From Fidelibacterota bacterium (GTDB lineage: Bacteria > Pseudomonadota > Alphaproteobacteria > Rhodospirillales > Rhodospirillaceae): DNA of 64,000 nucleotides. A program made the position numbers and the translations under genes. Below the pieces are notes generated by a model. That model was not told where the DNA came from, made no database searches, and saw only the letters and a list, made by a program, of their open reading frames with translations. This document shows, piece after piece, positions 63,686 to 64,000 of this stretch. Position 1 is the stretch's first letter. Every line of letters starts with the position of its first letter. The stretch spans positions 6,507 through 70,506 of the forward strand of contig CANJPG010000006.1 in assembly GCA_947476065.1 (NCBI GenBank), read 5' to 3'.

Positions 63686-64000
63686 CTACATCCCGGTTTC
63701 GCGCAGGCCGAGATATTCGGCGGTTGGAAACCTTTCTTCTAACCGCGCCCAGAAATCGTCGCCCGACAGGACGGGTGGGTAAACGGTTTTATTCGCAAGT
63801 TCCGACCTTGCACAAAACGCAGCCGACACGATGCCTTCTCGTACGGCTTCGTGCGCCGCGGCGGAGGGTGTACCGCCGAGATCCTCGCAGAAGAACCACA
63901 TCTTGCATTCGCGCTTGCCGAGGATGTGTAATTCCTCGACGTAAGCAAGGCGCACCACCTCGACTTTCACAGCGGCTTCTTCCATGACTTCACGCATCGC
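63686..64000 (-). CDS. Nudix hydrolase, C-terminal part (5' end beyond the window edge)
   Basis: The end of the Nudix box, REVMEEAAVKV, lies at the window edge, and the frame is open to position 64000. Confidence 0.6.
   Translation of the reverse strand, partial: AMREVMEEAAVKVEVVRLAYVEELHILGKRECKMWFFCEDLGGTPSAAAHEAVREGIVSAAFCARSELANKTVYPPVLSGDDFWARLEERFPTAEYLGLRETGM

Overview
High-GC chromosomal segment with alphaproteobacterial gene order: gltD-gltB, kpsF-lptC-lptA-lptB-rpoN-ptsN, an NDUFA9-like SDR, and lptF-lptG. No species call is possible. All domain calls come from reading the translations by eye; no searches were run. Start codons were refined by hand and several remain uncertain.

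Layout:
- 1-6.9 kb: housekeeping genes (gltBD, uppP, DedA/YqaA, SDR).
- 7.08 kb: tRNA-Leu(CAG).
- About 7.2-16.8 kb: a patchily lower-GC accessory stretch. It holds an unusual FAAL-ACP-SGNH tri-domain gene, a 5'-truncated serine hydrolase, a hybrid histidine kinase killed by one in-frame TAA, and a decayed beta-propeller gene. No integrase was seen.
- 16.8-25 kb: HupE-like module, RNase D, and the kpsF-lptCAB-rpoN-ptsN block (no hpf).
- 29.8-31.8 kb: a DUF2282/DUF692/DUF2063 (bufferin-type MNIO RiPP) operon.
- 32-43.6 kb: divergently adjacent envelope-lipid supercluster. It contains the ceramide core operon (FAAL/acyl-ACP synthetase, SDR, ACP, Spt), a lipid kinase with a coupled unknown protein, lptFG, and a fatty-acid hydroxylase with a large GNAT-like protein.
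- 43.6-64 kb: CDF metal exporter, a signal-peptide-bearing SAM methyltransferase, a frameshifted histidine kinase with a REC-Hpt partner, threonine dehydratase, a GT-C/GtrB/GtrA glycosylation trio, cytochrome c, an ABC exporter, an orphan N6-MTase fused to a single S-type TRD with a coupled 70-aa ORF, a PQQ dehydrogenase, an adenylate cyclase with a stand-alone cNMP-binding protein, a PD-(D/E)xK-like protein, and a truncated Nudix gene.

No rRNA, CRISPR array, transposase or integrase was recognised. Many long ORFs in the track are antisense artefacts of high GC and were not annotated.
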